A stretch of DNA of 64,000 nt from Paragordius varius (taxonomy: Eukaryota > Animalia > Nematomorpha), in the NCBI GenBank assembly GCA_964247055.1, contig OZ176054.1, forward strand, positions 6,076,001 through 6,140,000, written 5' to 3'. The notes beneath the pieces were generated by a model that was not told the origin of the DNA, ran no database searches, and saw nothing but the letters and a program-made list of their open reading frames with translations. The translations under genes and the position numbers were made by a program. The stretch's first letter is position 1. Every line of letters begins with the position of its first letter. This document shows positions 52,501 through 64,000 of this stretch, in pieces.

Positions 52501-55081
52501 AGGGCGCATAATCTAAAAAATCAAATTATACAAAATTCTTCCAACGAGTTATAATTTTTATTTCAGATTTACTGTTAAAATGATATCAAATATCAAAAAA
52601 TGCAAAAAACTCGAGTGGCATAAAAATTTGTTGTCTAGTGTAACATATGCAAATATTGGGTAAGAATGATTTTGTAGATTGATTCAGTTTTTTATCAGAC
52701 TTAATTCATTTTTCATGAACTTTCCGATAGTTTTCAATAATATTAGTATAAAATATAATTGCAATTAAGGACAAACATTTTTGAGAATACAGCATGCATT
52801 CATTTTAATGGTTGCTTAATTTACACTATAGTTGTTGCAACATAGCAGTGTATGGAAAATACAGCAAAATGTTGAATAACCAATTTTTTCATCTCTTACA
52901 TTAATGTGTTTTTTTAATTCCATATTTTTTTGTTGTTTATCCGTACATTACTGCGTTGCAAATAGCCCAACTATAGTGTAAAATAAGCAACCATTGAAAT
53001 GCATACTGTAATTCATAAACCTGTTAAATGCCTCGTGCTTTATTTAAGATTATGCGTGAAGAAAAAGTGAATGTCCTAGTTCATTGTTCGGATGGTTGGG
53101 ATCGTACTGCTCAATCTTGTTCATTAGCTCAAATACTCTTGGATCCTTACTATCGAACTTTAAATGGCTTCATAGTAAGAAAAACTTTGTGTTTTTACTC
53201 ATAATGTAAATTAATAATGGTTTATACTATATAATTTAATAGTTTTTTAATATAGAAGTTATCAATTCTTTTATTTTAGGCACTAATTGAAAAGGATTGG
53301 TTAGCATTTGGCCATAAATTTGCGGATAGATGTGGACAGTTTAGTGGTGACAAAAAGGAGGTTAATAAAATACAATTTTGGCTTTATTTTTTTTTACAAA
53401 TATAAAACAATTTAAAATAGTTTTTTATTAAAATATATTATTATATGTTGCAGATATCTCCAATATTTTTGCAATTTTTGGATGGCATTTATCAACTTAT
53501 GTGTCAATTTCCGACAGCATTTGAATTTAATGACATTTTCCTCGTGGATGTTTATGAAGGTGTCCACACCTGCCAATACGCTAATTTCATGGGTAATTAT
53601 TTTTACTTTAACACTAGCATAAATTGTATATTTAACAATTAATGTGCATTTTTATTTAAATAAAATATATATTTGTTAAATGTTACTTTTTTTGTTGTAA
53701 TTCTTTCATAAAGTATTTAGACATTTTATAAATTGATTAAATGGAGATTTTATAGTTCTTTTTATGCAATTGCAGAAAGTCATAATCGGACGGACATTTT
53801 TACTACCATGGGATCAAAAATTTAAAATTTAATTATTTCTAAATTATTTTTAGGCAATACACAAGCATGGCGTCGTGAGCTAGCATCATCTGTTAATGAA
53901 ATTCACGGAACTATTGCCATGCAAAATATGTTTGGTTTCTGGCATTTTCTATTATCACAGAATAGTTTAGAAAATGCTTCTAATCAAACTGTAGCCAAAA
54001 ATATTCCTATTTATATTGAAAATAACGTAACTCATAATGATATCCATCATACTATACAAAATGGTGGTTATAACAAAAAAACCTCCGATAAAACTAATAA
54101 TTTTATGGATACTCTATGTGTAAAAAACACAAATACAACCCTAAACTTACTAAATTTGTCCTCAAAATATAGAAACGTATTTTATAATGCACCACCCAAA
54201 CACATATTATTAAGACAAGGGGAATACGCAACACTAGATGAATATAACTCACAAAATGATATTAAGGATTATAATGATGCAAAAGAAATTGCAAAGAAAA
54301 ATTTTGAAACAGAATTTAGCACATGGCAATTAATTCCAAATACTTGCCCTCAAAACATAAGGTAAAAAATATTGAAACTCTTTGACAATTATACCTTTTT
54401 TGGTTAAATACCATTTTTATATATTACATTTAATATTTTATATTAAAAATTTTTTCACTCTCAGAGTCTGGATGAAAATGTATGCCCGATTTGAACCTAA
54501 AATGCATCCAAAAAACGAACTTGCGGAACTTTATAAAGCCAAATTAGAACATATTCATCTTTTGGAAACAAAATATAATTCATTAAAATTGGTAAATAAA
54601 ATTTACGAATAATAATTGATAATAATATCAAATTCTTTTTTACTGATAAAAATATTAATTTAATTTTAATGGGTAATAATGCCTGAGTTTAGGAGTTTTT
54701 TTCATTTTTTTTGATGCATATGCTTAAAACTCAAATTTAAATATATAGCATTTAGAATCTCAAAAACCTTTGCCAAATTTACAAGAAAATATTTTATCTG
54801 CTTCGAATGGGATGGCAAAAACTACCACTCTAGAAAATGATGAAACACAAAAATTAATATCCCCCGAAATAAACAACGAAAATATTGTATCTCAAAACAC
54901 CAGCAAACCTGAAAATATTTCACTCGTAAATGGTTGTAATTATGAATGCGTAGAATTGAAAAATACGCTAAAACCAAAAAATACGGATAGCAATAAACCT
55001 GCAATTTTTATCTCATCATCCTCCATGTTAAAAAAAGTCGATTTGGAAAATTATGATCCTTTGTTAAATAACTGCATATAA
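49561..55081 (+). CDS. MTMR6: Myotubularin-related phosphoinositide 3-phosphatase, MTMR6/7/8 subfamily, catalytically intact
   Basis: Exons: 49561-49710, 49733-49904, 49929-49982, 50003-50091, 50116-50241, 50366-50902, 51114-51246, 51308-51417, 53049-53174, 53280-53360, 53454-53592, 53854-54361, 54465-54591, 54749-55081. Motifs: [71 protein letters not shown] (active-site CX5R), [21 protein letters not shown]. Orthology within MTMR6/7/8 is not resolvable by eye. Confidence 0.92.
52790..53008. mobile_element. Tc1/mariner-type MITE (219 bp) in the long MTMR intron
   Basis: Flanked by TA on both sides (52788-52789, 53009-53010). TIRs of about 45 bp: CAGCATGCATTCATTTTAATGGTTGCTTAATTTACACTATAGTTG versus CAACTATAGTGTAAAATAAGCAACCATTGAAATGCATACTG. 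Confidence 0.85.
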
Positions 55082-55655
55082 TAAACGGGAATATAAAATC
55101 ATTCTTACAAATTTTACTTGAGTTATGATATAACGCATAAATTTTTAATCTATAAAATATATATATTTATGAACAAAAAGTGGAAATAAATAAATTATAG
55201 TTATTATGAATATATTGTAACTAAATTTATTTTTTAAATCAAATCATAATAGAAATGAAAATTTACTGATTTATGAATTATCGGTTGTATTATAGGTATG
55301 CACAAAATTCTTTTAGATTAAATAAAAAAATATGTGTCGAAAACTAAAAAATAATACTTATGGACAAATATTTTTGGTATTTAATAAATATAAATGATAG
55401 AGATACATTTGATATAATTGCCACTCAAGAAATGAAATAGTTTTGTTTTTTGGAATGAAAATTCTAATTTGGGAAAAAAGGGTTGATATGTAGGTATAAA
55501 AAAATTATAAATAAAATATTTTGGGAATGGTGATGTTGCACTTGGTAAATATTGCAGATAATGTTAAATTTTAATATATATATGTAAATATATTATGCAA
55601 AATAAATAATTGAAACTAGAGACAAAAAGTATCAAAACATTGATGATGTATATAT

Positions 55656-58600
55656 CTAACAATTTCTATCACCCATATGTTGGTCGTTTTCAAAGTACTT
55701 CATTAGATCTGGATTGGACAGTGGATCAATTTCGGCAAATTTTTCTAACCACTTGGCATTATTACTCATATCTTTCGCTTTTTCTGGCTTGTTTTTATTG
55801 ATCAAAGGTGCATTTTTATCATTGATTTGTTTCAAATCGGTGCTTTTTTCTAACAACCCTTTGTTAGAAAAATCAAAATCATTCAAGCTTGACTTATATA
55901 TTTGTTCAACATTAACATTATTGGACAACTCTGTATTAAAAAAAGATGAGTCCCAATCTTCATTTAAACCAGGTATGTTGGTAGGTTTAGTATCTTTATC
56001 AGTTGGGACGGAATCTTTTGTAGCTTTGAAATAATATTTATTTTAAATATAATAATTATGGATTATTGGCTTTTCTGATGCAATGATTAATAACATAAAT
56101 AAATTAAAAATACTAATGTATAAGGTTTTGTGTGATTGATAAAATATTATTTTTTAAAAAATTTGTTATAATTCGATTGAAATGGAAAAAATGTTATATC
56201 GTAGAATCATCTCTGATTTTATATAAAAAAAATTATTGTTTTGTCCCTCAAACCATCAAATTTTGATATTTTTTAAATAAAATAAGACCCATTATCTAAC
56301 ATTTTATTTTTACACTCGATAAAGATTAATTGTAGGAAACGAATATTTGTGTTTTAAATTTACCGAAATGCCGATTTAAATGGGACTCCAATAAGGCTGA
56401 AGGCATATAATTTTCCAAATCTCGTAAATTTATCCCAGAATAACTGTCTTTATCGCTATTATCTTCATTTTCTACTTCCGTTAATAAGCCATGTCCAATC
56501 ATAAAATCCATAGTTGTTGTATTTTTGCTGGTTTCTTTTTTTACATTCATCAATGTTGAATCGTTACTGTTTTATAGATAAAAATTTTTTAATCTAGTAT
56601 ATTTGATAATTTATTTTTGATTTTTCATTTATAAAAAACAAACTATCTAATGAGAAGATCAAATGTTCCAACGTAATCAATACACTTAATTTTTATTTAA
56701 TACAAAAATTAGGAAATCTAAGAAAAATATTAAGATATTTAAAAAAATAGCCTTCCCCGTTTAATTAGCAAGAATCTCCTTATTATTCATTGCTTAATAA
56801 ATGAATGTTAAATAAAATAAAATTTTATAAATAATAAAATAATATAATTTTCATTTCATTCAAATTTTTTTGGTAAAAACTTGGATGGGCCCAGCATTTC
56901 AAGAGAGGTAGGTAAAATAGTTGGTATAGAATTTCCTTTATTATCTAACTGTGAACTATTCAAATCGTTCATATAATCATTATTGCATATATCAAACATA
57001 TTATCTGGCGTTTCGCCTTCCGAATCCTCCAAAAAACTGTAATTAGCAGGCTGTTTCTTGTTATTATTCTCAACTTTGGCTTCGTTTTGTTCATCAGTAA
57101 ATTGCGTGAACTCATCATCATAATCTTTTTCGTTTAAACCGTCAGATATTGATGTGTTTGCAAAATGTGAAGCAATTTTTTGTGCCAATCTATCTTCATT
57201 CGTTGATTTTAAGGAGGGGGCAGTAGAATCTTTTGAGTTTATTCCTGAGTTTACATTAGTGTTATTATGATTATTATCGTCGAAGCCTAAGTCAAGTTGC
57301 ATTAATTGTTCAATGTATTTGTTATTGGTTGACATGTCTAAACGAAACATTAAATATCAATGGTTATGGTGTTTTGCCGTTATTGACTTCATACTCTTAT
57401 AATGAGCATGTAATAAATAGCGCCTATAAACTAATTATCTCACACTGGTAATCATGAATCGCTCCGACTTTTAGTTTATGAGTGATGATAATCGTTTAAA
57501 GTTGAATAAAATTTATACTTACTAGTTTGTGGGTATTTTGGAAAAAAGAATCAAAAATTATAAACATATTAAATAATTATAGGGGATAAACTGAACATTA
57601 ACTGATATTTATTATAAAAAATTCTTTATTTTTCTCAAAAACATGAGTCATGTACTTAAATCGGGTCATAGATAGGGAAAATATTATATATAGAAATTAA
57701 GTTGCAAATTCTTATAAATTAAAATTTATTTTAAACTTTCAAGCAAAGGTTCATCCTCTGTTAAGCCGGTTATGAGAAGATCCATCTGAGTCTTTGGGCT
57801 TTTTTTCATTTCCTATAAAAAAAAATAGTTTTCTAAATATTAATCATCCATAAATTTTAATCATACTTATATCTAGGACCCAGCCGTTTTTCATAAAAGT
57901 GTTTTTTGAAAGTTATGATTTTTAATAAATTTAACTGTTTTCAGTGATATTTTAGTAATTTAACTTCCCTTTACTAAATTTTAAAATAGTTTAACGTAGA
58001 TTTAAAAATATTTTCACCCCTCCTTTTTTTAAAAAAGCCATTATAATTGCAGAATAATACCTCGTTAGAAGCACTAATATCATTTTTTTCATCCGTTTTA
58101 TTAACTACTTTTTGGTGGTCATTTTTCTGTTGCAATTCAATGGCATCCGTGCCATTTTCAACATATTCCAAAGCCAAAAGGTCTTCATCTCTCACATCAA
58201 TGGTTTGCCTTCCATCAGGATCAGGGGCTAACTCTTGAGCTAATTTTCGACTTATGTCTGTTAAATCCTAAAGAGTTGCAGTAAGAATTAATGTTATACA
58301 AACAAAAAGATAAAAAACTAAGGGTATATTTTAAATAAAGGACAGCCATACGAATTTAAACTTTGATTTTTATGATTATAACAGATCGTTTTGTGTTGAT
58401 TAATATGGTAGATTGAGATTTAAATTGATAACACACACCATTAAACACATGAAATACGGGTTTAAAAAAGTATGGCTGTCTTTTCAAAAAATATTTGCCT
58501 TTTAGTTTATGTTTGCCCCCCAAATTTCAATTTTTACTGAATACATTATTTTTCACAGATTTTAAGGAAAATTATGATTAAACAAATATTTATTTATTTG

Positions 58601-60240
58601 AGCATTAAAGAGGGTAGGGTGTTCATAAAATTTTTAAAGATAACCAATCATATTTATATTTTAAAGCGATCAAAGTGGAGTGTTATAAAGGAATTAGATA
58701 ATTTTAAATTAATAAAATTAATCACTCCTCAATTATTTACATATTTTGTAAATATTAACCAAGAAAATAAATTAAATTTGTTCACAAATTATATATTTAT
58801 CGGTTAATAAATTCTCAAAAATAAGATAATTGGTATATGATCTAATTAATAAACTTATAATAAATAAAATTAACAACAAAAGGGGTAAAATACATTATAT
58901 TAACTTATTTTTGATATTTACTTTTAGGCGTGAAAATTCATAGAGTTGATAGCCATCAAAATTTGACAAAACCTTGCCATACAGATTGAATATGGTGGCA
59001 TGATACTTAACCAAAAACTTTTGGTATTGAGAGAAGACAGTCGATATCAAATTACAGCGGCTAGCCATGAGTAAATCAATCTTTTGACTTGAATCATTTT
59101 TCAGCTTATCGAAACGGACTTTTTTACGCTTCACTTGACTTTGGACCTAATGCATGATAAAATAATATAAAATATTTCATACTTTATAGAATTTTTAATT
59201 TGGGACTTTCATATTTGATTTAAAATTAATTCAAAATTAACCATTTGGTTAAAAAAAATTACAGCAAATATATACATATAATTTACTTAAAAGCCAAAAT
59301 TTTTATTTTGATTTCAGGTTTATAATCAAAAAAAGTATATAAAAGCCAATTTCCGCAAAAATAAAAAACAAACAAATAACAAAATATACTAATTAAGAAT
59401 TATGTTTTAAATAACATTCAAAAATATAATACAATTAATAATATATTAATAAATTACCAAAATTTAAAAACTTTTTACCAAAAATATAAATAATTATAAT
59501 AAAACTAACTTTTCGAAAGTTCTCAAGCTGTTTGTAAGTATCTGGATCCAATTTTTGCGAAACATCCTTCATCCAAAGCAGTGCGGCCCGATAATTATTT
59601 CGAGCGTTTTGGGCTTTTTCAATCGTTAATAAGCAATCTTTTATGGCACGCTCTTGAAAAACGTACATATCATCATAAATGCGTTGTAATGGACCATGTA
59701 ATTGTATTCTAATAATAAATCCAATTAATTATCCAATATAAGTTATAAAATTATTTTATTGTTATAAAAAATGCAATTGCCATACCTGTAATGAGCTGTA
59801 AGAATTTGCGATTTCCCAAAGAGTAAAAACAGTTTCCCTAATTTGGTTTTATCTTTTCGACTTTTTTCTTGCATAAATTTGCCAAATTTGTTTTCGAAAT
59901 CAGCCAAAACTAATTGGTTAATTATGTAATTAAACTTGATACATTTTCTTGGAAATCTTCAACAACTTGTAGGATGTCAAGCCCAGATATGGATATTGAT
60001 TTGAATAACTATAATAAAAAATGTTGTACTTCTAATTTAATATCATAATTTGTGTCAGAAGCTACAACGCAATCATCATCCTTTTTACCAAGTTTTTGTC
60101 TAAAAGTTTGTTTCGCTAGCCAATATTTTTCCTTAACTTTACCAATAGTGGTATTATCTTGATGTTCAACATGTCGATCATAATTTAATCCACTATAACC
60201 ATTAGAAAGGAGCTAGATATAAGAATAACTGTTAAACCAT
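55656..60240 (-). CDS. ICA1: Islet cell autoantigen 1 / ICA69 (RIC-19) homologue, arfaptin-homology BAR protein
   Basis: Exons: 60240-60238 (ATG only, tentative), 60212-60030, 60008-59936, 59909-59786, 59708-59510, 59146-58922, 58267-58061, about 57812-57737, 57337-about 56879, about 56567-56365, about 56026-55656. Motifs: KYWLAKQTF..KLGKKDDDCVVASD, KLE|LFKSI, YRAALLWMKDVSQKLDPDTYKQLENFRK|VQSQV, QKIDLLMASRCNL, C-terminal WLEKFAEIDPLSNPD. Confidence 0.92.
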
Positions 60241-60324
60241 CGGTCTTGCAAATTTTAATGTTTCAAAATTCCAAGCATTTTTTCATAAATTCATTAATTC
60301 GCCTGTACATTCTTATGTTATCAC
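60241..60324. promoter_or_regulatory. 84-bp head-to-head interval between ICA1 and PIKfyve start codons; candidate bidirectional promoter
   Basis: Inferred only from the positions of the two predicted ATGs (60240 on -, 60325 on +); no core promoter motif identified. Confidence 0.5.
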
Positions 60325-63300
60325 ATGGATCATCTATCAAGGTTTGGGTTAATTTTTAAAAAAATATCTCAACTAACCGATCATTCGAATACCTCGGCAC
60401 AAGTTTAGATTATTTTAATTGTAGGATGAAATTCTTAAGCAATACTGGATGCCCGATGAAAGTTGTAAAGAATGTTTCGAATGCAATGAAACTTTTACAA
60501 CATTTCGCCGAAAGCATCATTGTAGGATTTGTGGACAAATATTTTGTAATCGATGTTGTAATCAGGAAGTATCTGGGAAAACCTTTGGGTAATTATGTGC
60601 CTTATATTTTTAGCTATAACGGAAATTTAAGAACTTGTAGGTATTGTTTTTCTTTTGTGGCTAAATATAATGCGGGTGAATTGAAAATGATATCAGAAAA
60701 TACGGATATACATCCAAATGCTACTATGCAATCCAAAAAAATTACTCTTTTTCCTTCCAAATCATCAGTGTCATTGAATACATGCAAAGCTTTATTTAAC
60801 GATGAACCGTTAAACCAACAAGTAATTTTTATCTTTCATATTGAACGCAATGTATATTAGTCAGATTCTTTTAATGTCATAGATTTTCCGACATCAACAA
60901 TCAAAGCGGTAAAATCTTATGATGAGCAAATAAAACCTTATGATTCTGCCTCGGATTACCGGTTAAAGTTTTTGGATTTCGAACGAAACTCATTGGCTCA
61001 AAAATCAGACTCCTTATCTTCCATATGGGTTTAAATTTTATTTCTTTTTTATTAAAAACAGTCAAGTTTTCTAAATGTTTTGACAACATAATATGCCTTT
61101 GTTTGCATTTTTTTACAAAAGTAAATTTTGGTTATCATTATTTTAGAAGCTCGTTAGGTTTCCATGCAATTACAACATTTTATATAAAAAAATAATGTAA
61201 ATTTAAATGCACAAATTTTTTATAATTGATAAGTAAATAACATTTTATTGTTCGTTCGATAGCTGTATTGAGCAAATTGAGCAAATTTTTTGATTAGCAC
61301 GGATAGTTTAGATCATTTGTTGGATTTCAACATATATGTCCATATAACTTAGATAAAATAGTATAAATATAAAGGATGAAACGGTTATTGAAAATAAAAT
61401 AAATTGATAATATATAAATCTTTATTTTTTTAACAATTATTAGAATACAAATGCCTTATCGAATTCTGATATTGGTAGTTTATATGATAACATTGATTCG
61501 AGTTCCACCAATTTTTACGAGTTTGGAGAAACAGGTGAATAAATAAATTTTTGAGTTTTTTATAAATATTTTCTATAATAAATTCAACAAAATAGCAATA
61601 AATTGAAGTTTATGATTAAAAAATATTTTTTAGCTACCAACATTTTTAAAAGTAATATTAAAATTTTGTATCGTTCGTTCCTCCTTGACGAAATGATACT
61701 TTTATAATTATAAAAAAGGACTGAAAAATTCTTCATTTGTTAAAGTTTGTGCGGACCTATATTTCCTAAAAAAAACATTTAGATGTTTACCTATTTATTT
61801 CGTTTTTTATCATGAAGTTATAAATGTATCTACTTCGGTATCTTTTGATAATTTTGCAACATTTTGGGCATATATAAAACAAATTAAATAGCTGAAAACT
61901 GTATTAAAAGTCGTTTGGATACAACATTAAATCTATTACCATTTTATATTTACAAAGATATGATGCAGATCTAAAAGAGCATGGAACACTCAAAAATGTA
62001 AAATCACTTGAAAAATGTATATCATTAATATATTAGATGCTGACAAAAACTAATACAATGGATGCGTTTCGATAAAGACTTTACTATAAAAGTCGAAAAT
62101 TAAAATATATTTTTTATATTTGTACGCATTCCAGCTTAATTTTTTTTTAATAAATTTCATAAATACAATGCGTAATTCTCTCAATTTTAATATAATACAA
62201 TGGATATCACATTTTTTAATATATAGCACAAATCGATAGAAATGTTTATATATGTTGCATAAAAAGGCAGTAATCATTAAGTTTGTTTCTTATTGCTATA
62301 TATATATATATCAACAGATAACATAAACCCGCAAAATTTGTTGACATATTTGTCTCACATTTACAAAATCATGATGAATCCGGTGAATGGTTTGAAGTTA
62401 ACTAGCAACCGTGTTATACTGAAAACATATCCAAACACTATAATCGGTTGATATTTGTTTCATAACACGTTATATACCAATATTAAAAGGCGGGGCGCTT
62501 TGAACCGAAACGGGGTCGTTTTTAAACGTTAGAAACCGATCTGACTCTTAAAGGGTGGTTCTAACACAACGGAACCGTTTCGTGCTAAAATTTCAGGAAT
62601 CCGGTTTTGTTCTGGTTCGAACGCCTGCTAAAAAGTCCATTAAAATATTTAACCATTTTTTCGGATTATATGTTTGGTAAAAGTTAATTTAACTACCATC
62701 GGTATAATTAGCACAAGATTAATTATATTAAAAACTTTTTGGTTAACCAATGCCTCATAAAATATAATCATTTATATTGTTCTTATTTTAAATCAATGCT
62801 TATTCTATATTTTTTCAACTTATTAAGAATGTACTATCGAATATTGTTTATAAATTTATTCAAATTTTTTGATTCCAATAAGCCATAATTCACTCTCTAA
62901 AATATATTTAATAGGTTCCTCTATTACCAAATGGTTGCACACCTATATCATGAAGAAATACCAATCGGCTAATAATAACCCTGATTTAGCCCCACAAAGT
63001 GGCTCTCAAACCAAAAACAATGTAACTCATTCAGCAGATATTTGTAGAGAACTATCTTTGGCACTTGCAAAAGCATTGTTAGATTTTAATTACATAGAAT
63101 ATGTGTTAGGAGGTGGGAGTTCAGATACTATCATGACGTCTAATATTATTTCAGGGCCTAAATACGCCCCTGTGAAAGGTTTAATCGGTTGTGATTTGGA
63201 TAATGAGCAACCGTTCAAAGAAACTGAAATATATCGACCAGGTTTGGCCTCGGTTAAAGGGAATGCACTACTTAAAGAATCTGCCTTACGATTGTACCTG

Positions 63301-63710
63301 CTCAAAAATAGCGTTTTGTTTAGTTTACCACCATTTATTATGGCGCAAGATTATGCAGTAGAACATGGAGAGGATAGTGATGTGTTAGGTATGTAAAACA
63401 CATCAATTTTTAAATATTTAAAGCAGTGATACGTTTCATGCATATTATTTTAATAGATTTTGCATCAAAACCAGTGTCCCCAACACTTAATGATCTAAAA
63501 ATGACATCTGAAGTAGATAATATTCTTACTACTACTACACCTCATCCTCATGAAAACATTACTCAACAACTCCAAGTTAAATTAAACCTGGATTCTAATA
63601 CAACTCAAATATTAAACAAGTTTTTGTTTAATTTTATTTTTTGTTGCGGTGTTGGCTAGTTCACCTTTGATATATTATCAGCCGAGGCTAGTTTGGATGT
63701 TTCGCAAAAA
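60325..63710 (+). CDS. PIKFYVE: 1-phosphatidylinositol 3-phosphate 5-kinase PIKfyve/Fab1, 5' part (FYVE and DEP domains); continues beyond the window
   Basis: Exons: 60325-60402, 60425-60588 (DEILKQYWMPDESCKECFECNETFTTFRRKHHCRICGQIFCNRCCNQEVSGKTF), 60614-60821 (GYNGNLRTCRYC), unresolved exons at 60861-62100, 62318-62446 and 62915-63388 (DEP: GLKLTSNRVILKTYPNTII|GSSITKWL...ALAKALLDFNYIEYV...PFKETEIYRP), and further exons to at least 63710. The supplied ORF 60426-60860 is in the wrong frame across the FYVE exon. Confidence 0.9.
62489..62627. mobile_element. Short degenerate hAT-like MITE in a PIKfyve intron
   Basis: GGGCGCTTTGAACCG... at the left and ...CTGGTTCGAACGCCTG at the right, with internal AACCG/CCGGTT motifs like those at 1041-1907. 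Confidence 0.4.
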
Positions 63711-64000
63711 GTATTACAGGAGTCCAAATAAAATTTGTTTTACTTCAAATTATAAAATTTTTAAGTTTTAGCACTGCCACGAAATTTTGTTTTTACAACC
63801 GTATCCAATGTTTTGAGACTGCATGGACATCTTTAAATAAAAAATAAATTAAGGAATCTATTTTAAATATAAAAGGTATTTTTTATATCATTTCCGGTAA
63901 TCGAAAAATAATTTTATTATTTAAATTGAAGTTTCCTTGTTTAATTATAGCATAATTTCGCGAGGTTTTATATCAGATACAATTTTTAATGTATTGTTTT

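Noticed and set aside
60426-60860. 144-aa ORF from the track as a stand-alone gene
   Set aside because: Its first part is the wrong frame of the PIKfyve FYVE exon; only the part after the 25-nt intron (from 60614) is the real frame.
1-64000. tRNA, rRNA, snRNA/SL RNA genes, CRISPR arrays, telomeric repeats, bacterial contamination or HGT
   Set aside because: No diagnostic motifs seen; all recognised genes are intron-containing metazoan-type genes translated with the standard code.

Overview
Very AT-rich eukaryotic (animal, probably protostome invertebrate) genomic DNA with spliceosomal GT-AG introns; no prokaryotic features, rRNA, tRNA or CRISPR array were seen. Seven multi-exon genes could be reconstructed by hand: PYROXD1 (-), a CCAP/neuropeptide-S-receptor-type GPCR (-), ceramide kinase (+), a secreted Cys-rich antistasin-domain protein (-), an active MTMR6/7/8-type myotubularin (+), ICA69/ICA1 (-) and the 5' part of PIKfyve (+). 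Mobile DNA includes a degenerate 4.3-kb Ty3/Gypsy (Mag-like) LTR element, an RTE LINE 3' end, a deleted hAT (Buster/Charlie-like) element, hAT and Tc1/mariner-like MITEs and two adjacent 1.1-1.2-kb foldback palindromes. The most striking signal is 13 ultra-short (20-26 nt) GT-AG introns, most of them needed to restore conserved protein sequence. They are always the first 1-4 introns of the five housekeeping genes; all later introns, and all introns of the GPCR and the secreted protein, are longer (about 40 nt to several kb). All gene models, lengths and identities were derived by eye and compared with remembered human or insect protein sequences; no database search or alignment program was run.
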